From an uncultured Nitrospina sp. (lineage in GTDB: Bacteria; Nitrospinota; Nitrospinia; Nitrospinales; VA-1): a stretch of DNA of 64,000 nucleotides. Of this stretch, positions 63,771-64,000 are shown one piece after another; position 1 is the stretch's first letter; each line of letters starts with the position of its first letter. Made by a program: the position numbers and the translations under genes. Below the pieces are notes generated by a model, which was not told where the DNA came from, did no database searches, and worked only from the letters and a program-made list of their open reading frames with translations. The DNA lies in NCBI GenBank assembly GCA_937891765.1, contig CALAGQ010000001.1:14864-78863 (forward strand), written 5' to 3'.

Positions 63771-64000
63771 TTGAATATTGTCATGCTGGGTTACAGGGGA
63801 ACCGGAAAATCGGTGATTGCAAAAATTCTTTCTAAAGAACTGGGGAGAAAACTGTATCGGATGGATGATTTGATTGTCCAAACTGCCGGGAAATCCATCC
63901 CCGAGATTGTGAAGCAGGAAGGTTGGCCTGGTTTTCGTAAACTGGAATCAGCTGTTGTGGGTCGGGTGGTCGGGGAAGCTCAAGACAGTGTCATTGATTG
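63771..64000 (+). CDS. aroK: shikimate kinase, partial (runs off the window end)
   Basis: Absent from the track. My translation from TTG 63771 reads (M)NIVMLGYRGTGKSVIAKILSKELGRKLYRMDDLIVQTAGKSIPEIVKQEGWPGFRKLESAVV. It has a Walker A motif (GYRGTGKS) and the AroK D-D/E.I motif. ATG 63783 is an alternative start. Confidence 0.75.
   Translation, partial: MNIVMLGYRGTGKSVIAKILSKELGRKLYRMDDLIVQTAGKSIPEIVKQEGWPGFRKLESAVVGRVVGEAQDSVID

Noticed and set aside
63582-63881. A 99-aa minus-strand track ORF at the right edge.
   Set aside because: It is antisense to the clear shikimate kinase N-terminus (GYRGTGKS) on the plus strand.
1-64000. A search for transposases, integrases, CRISPR arrays, rRNA genes, complete tRNAs and known defence systems.
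   Set aside because: Reading the translations and repeats by eye, I recognised none. Their absence should be confirmed with standard tools.

Overview
This 64 kb window looks chromosomal. It carries about 60 protein-coding genes on both strands. I could not recognise any rRNA, complete tRNA, CRISPR array, transposase or integrase. Taxonomy cannot be assigned from the sequence alone; the gene content (DabA inorganic-carbon subunit, malic enzyme, ArsM, many eukaryote-like repeat proteins) would fit an environmental, possibly autotrophic, bacterium.

Left third (0-24 kb): redox and cofactor genes (a Rieske/glutamate-synthase-like fusion, a cupredoxin with an in-frame TAG, CbiX). These are followed by a tightly packed putative ceramide/sphingolipid operon: desaturase, Spt-like alpha-oxoamine synthase, GNAT-like acyltransferase, SDR reductase and CDP-alcohol phosphatidyltransferase. 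The region also holds ArsM, a 512-aa pentapeptide-repeat protein, a DCC/LMF1 fusion and an FG-GAP lipoprotein.

Centre (25.2-36.0 kb): this is the most unusual locus. A DUF2309/DabA carbonic-anhydrase-like gene with intact Zn ligands is followed on the same strand by mrpE-F-G-DUF4040-B-C-D, a NuoL-like gene and a NuoM-like gene. No hydrogenase or complex-I peripheral subunits are present. I read this as a candidate multi-subunit DabA-Mrp CO2/HCO3- pump. The NuoL-like gene carries a near-perfect in-frame 81-bp tandem repeat (about 3.4 copies) exactly where the NuoL lateral helix begins.

Next (36.0-40.7 kb): a 1.3 kb AT-rich non-coding stretch, then two 46-nt direct repeats that look like the 3' end of tmRNA. 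They bracket 3.8 kb holding a porin gene fragment and a hybrid histidine kinase, which looks like an island scar.

Right third (40.9-64 kb): a histidine-phosphatase/PfkA-type kinase fusion; a SulP-Usp pair preceded by a paralogous copy of a csp 5' leader; two csp genes; rpsU; NupC; malic enzyme; an MMPL exporter; CoaX; and a cluster of LRR and Sel1 repeat proteins. The window ends inside aroK.

All family calls are from reading the translations by eye. No searches were run.
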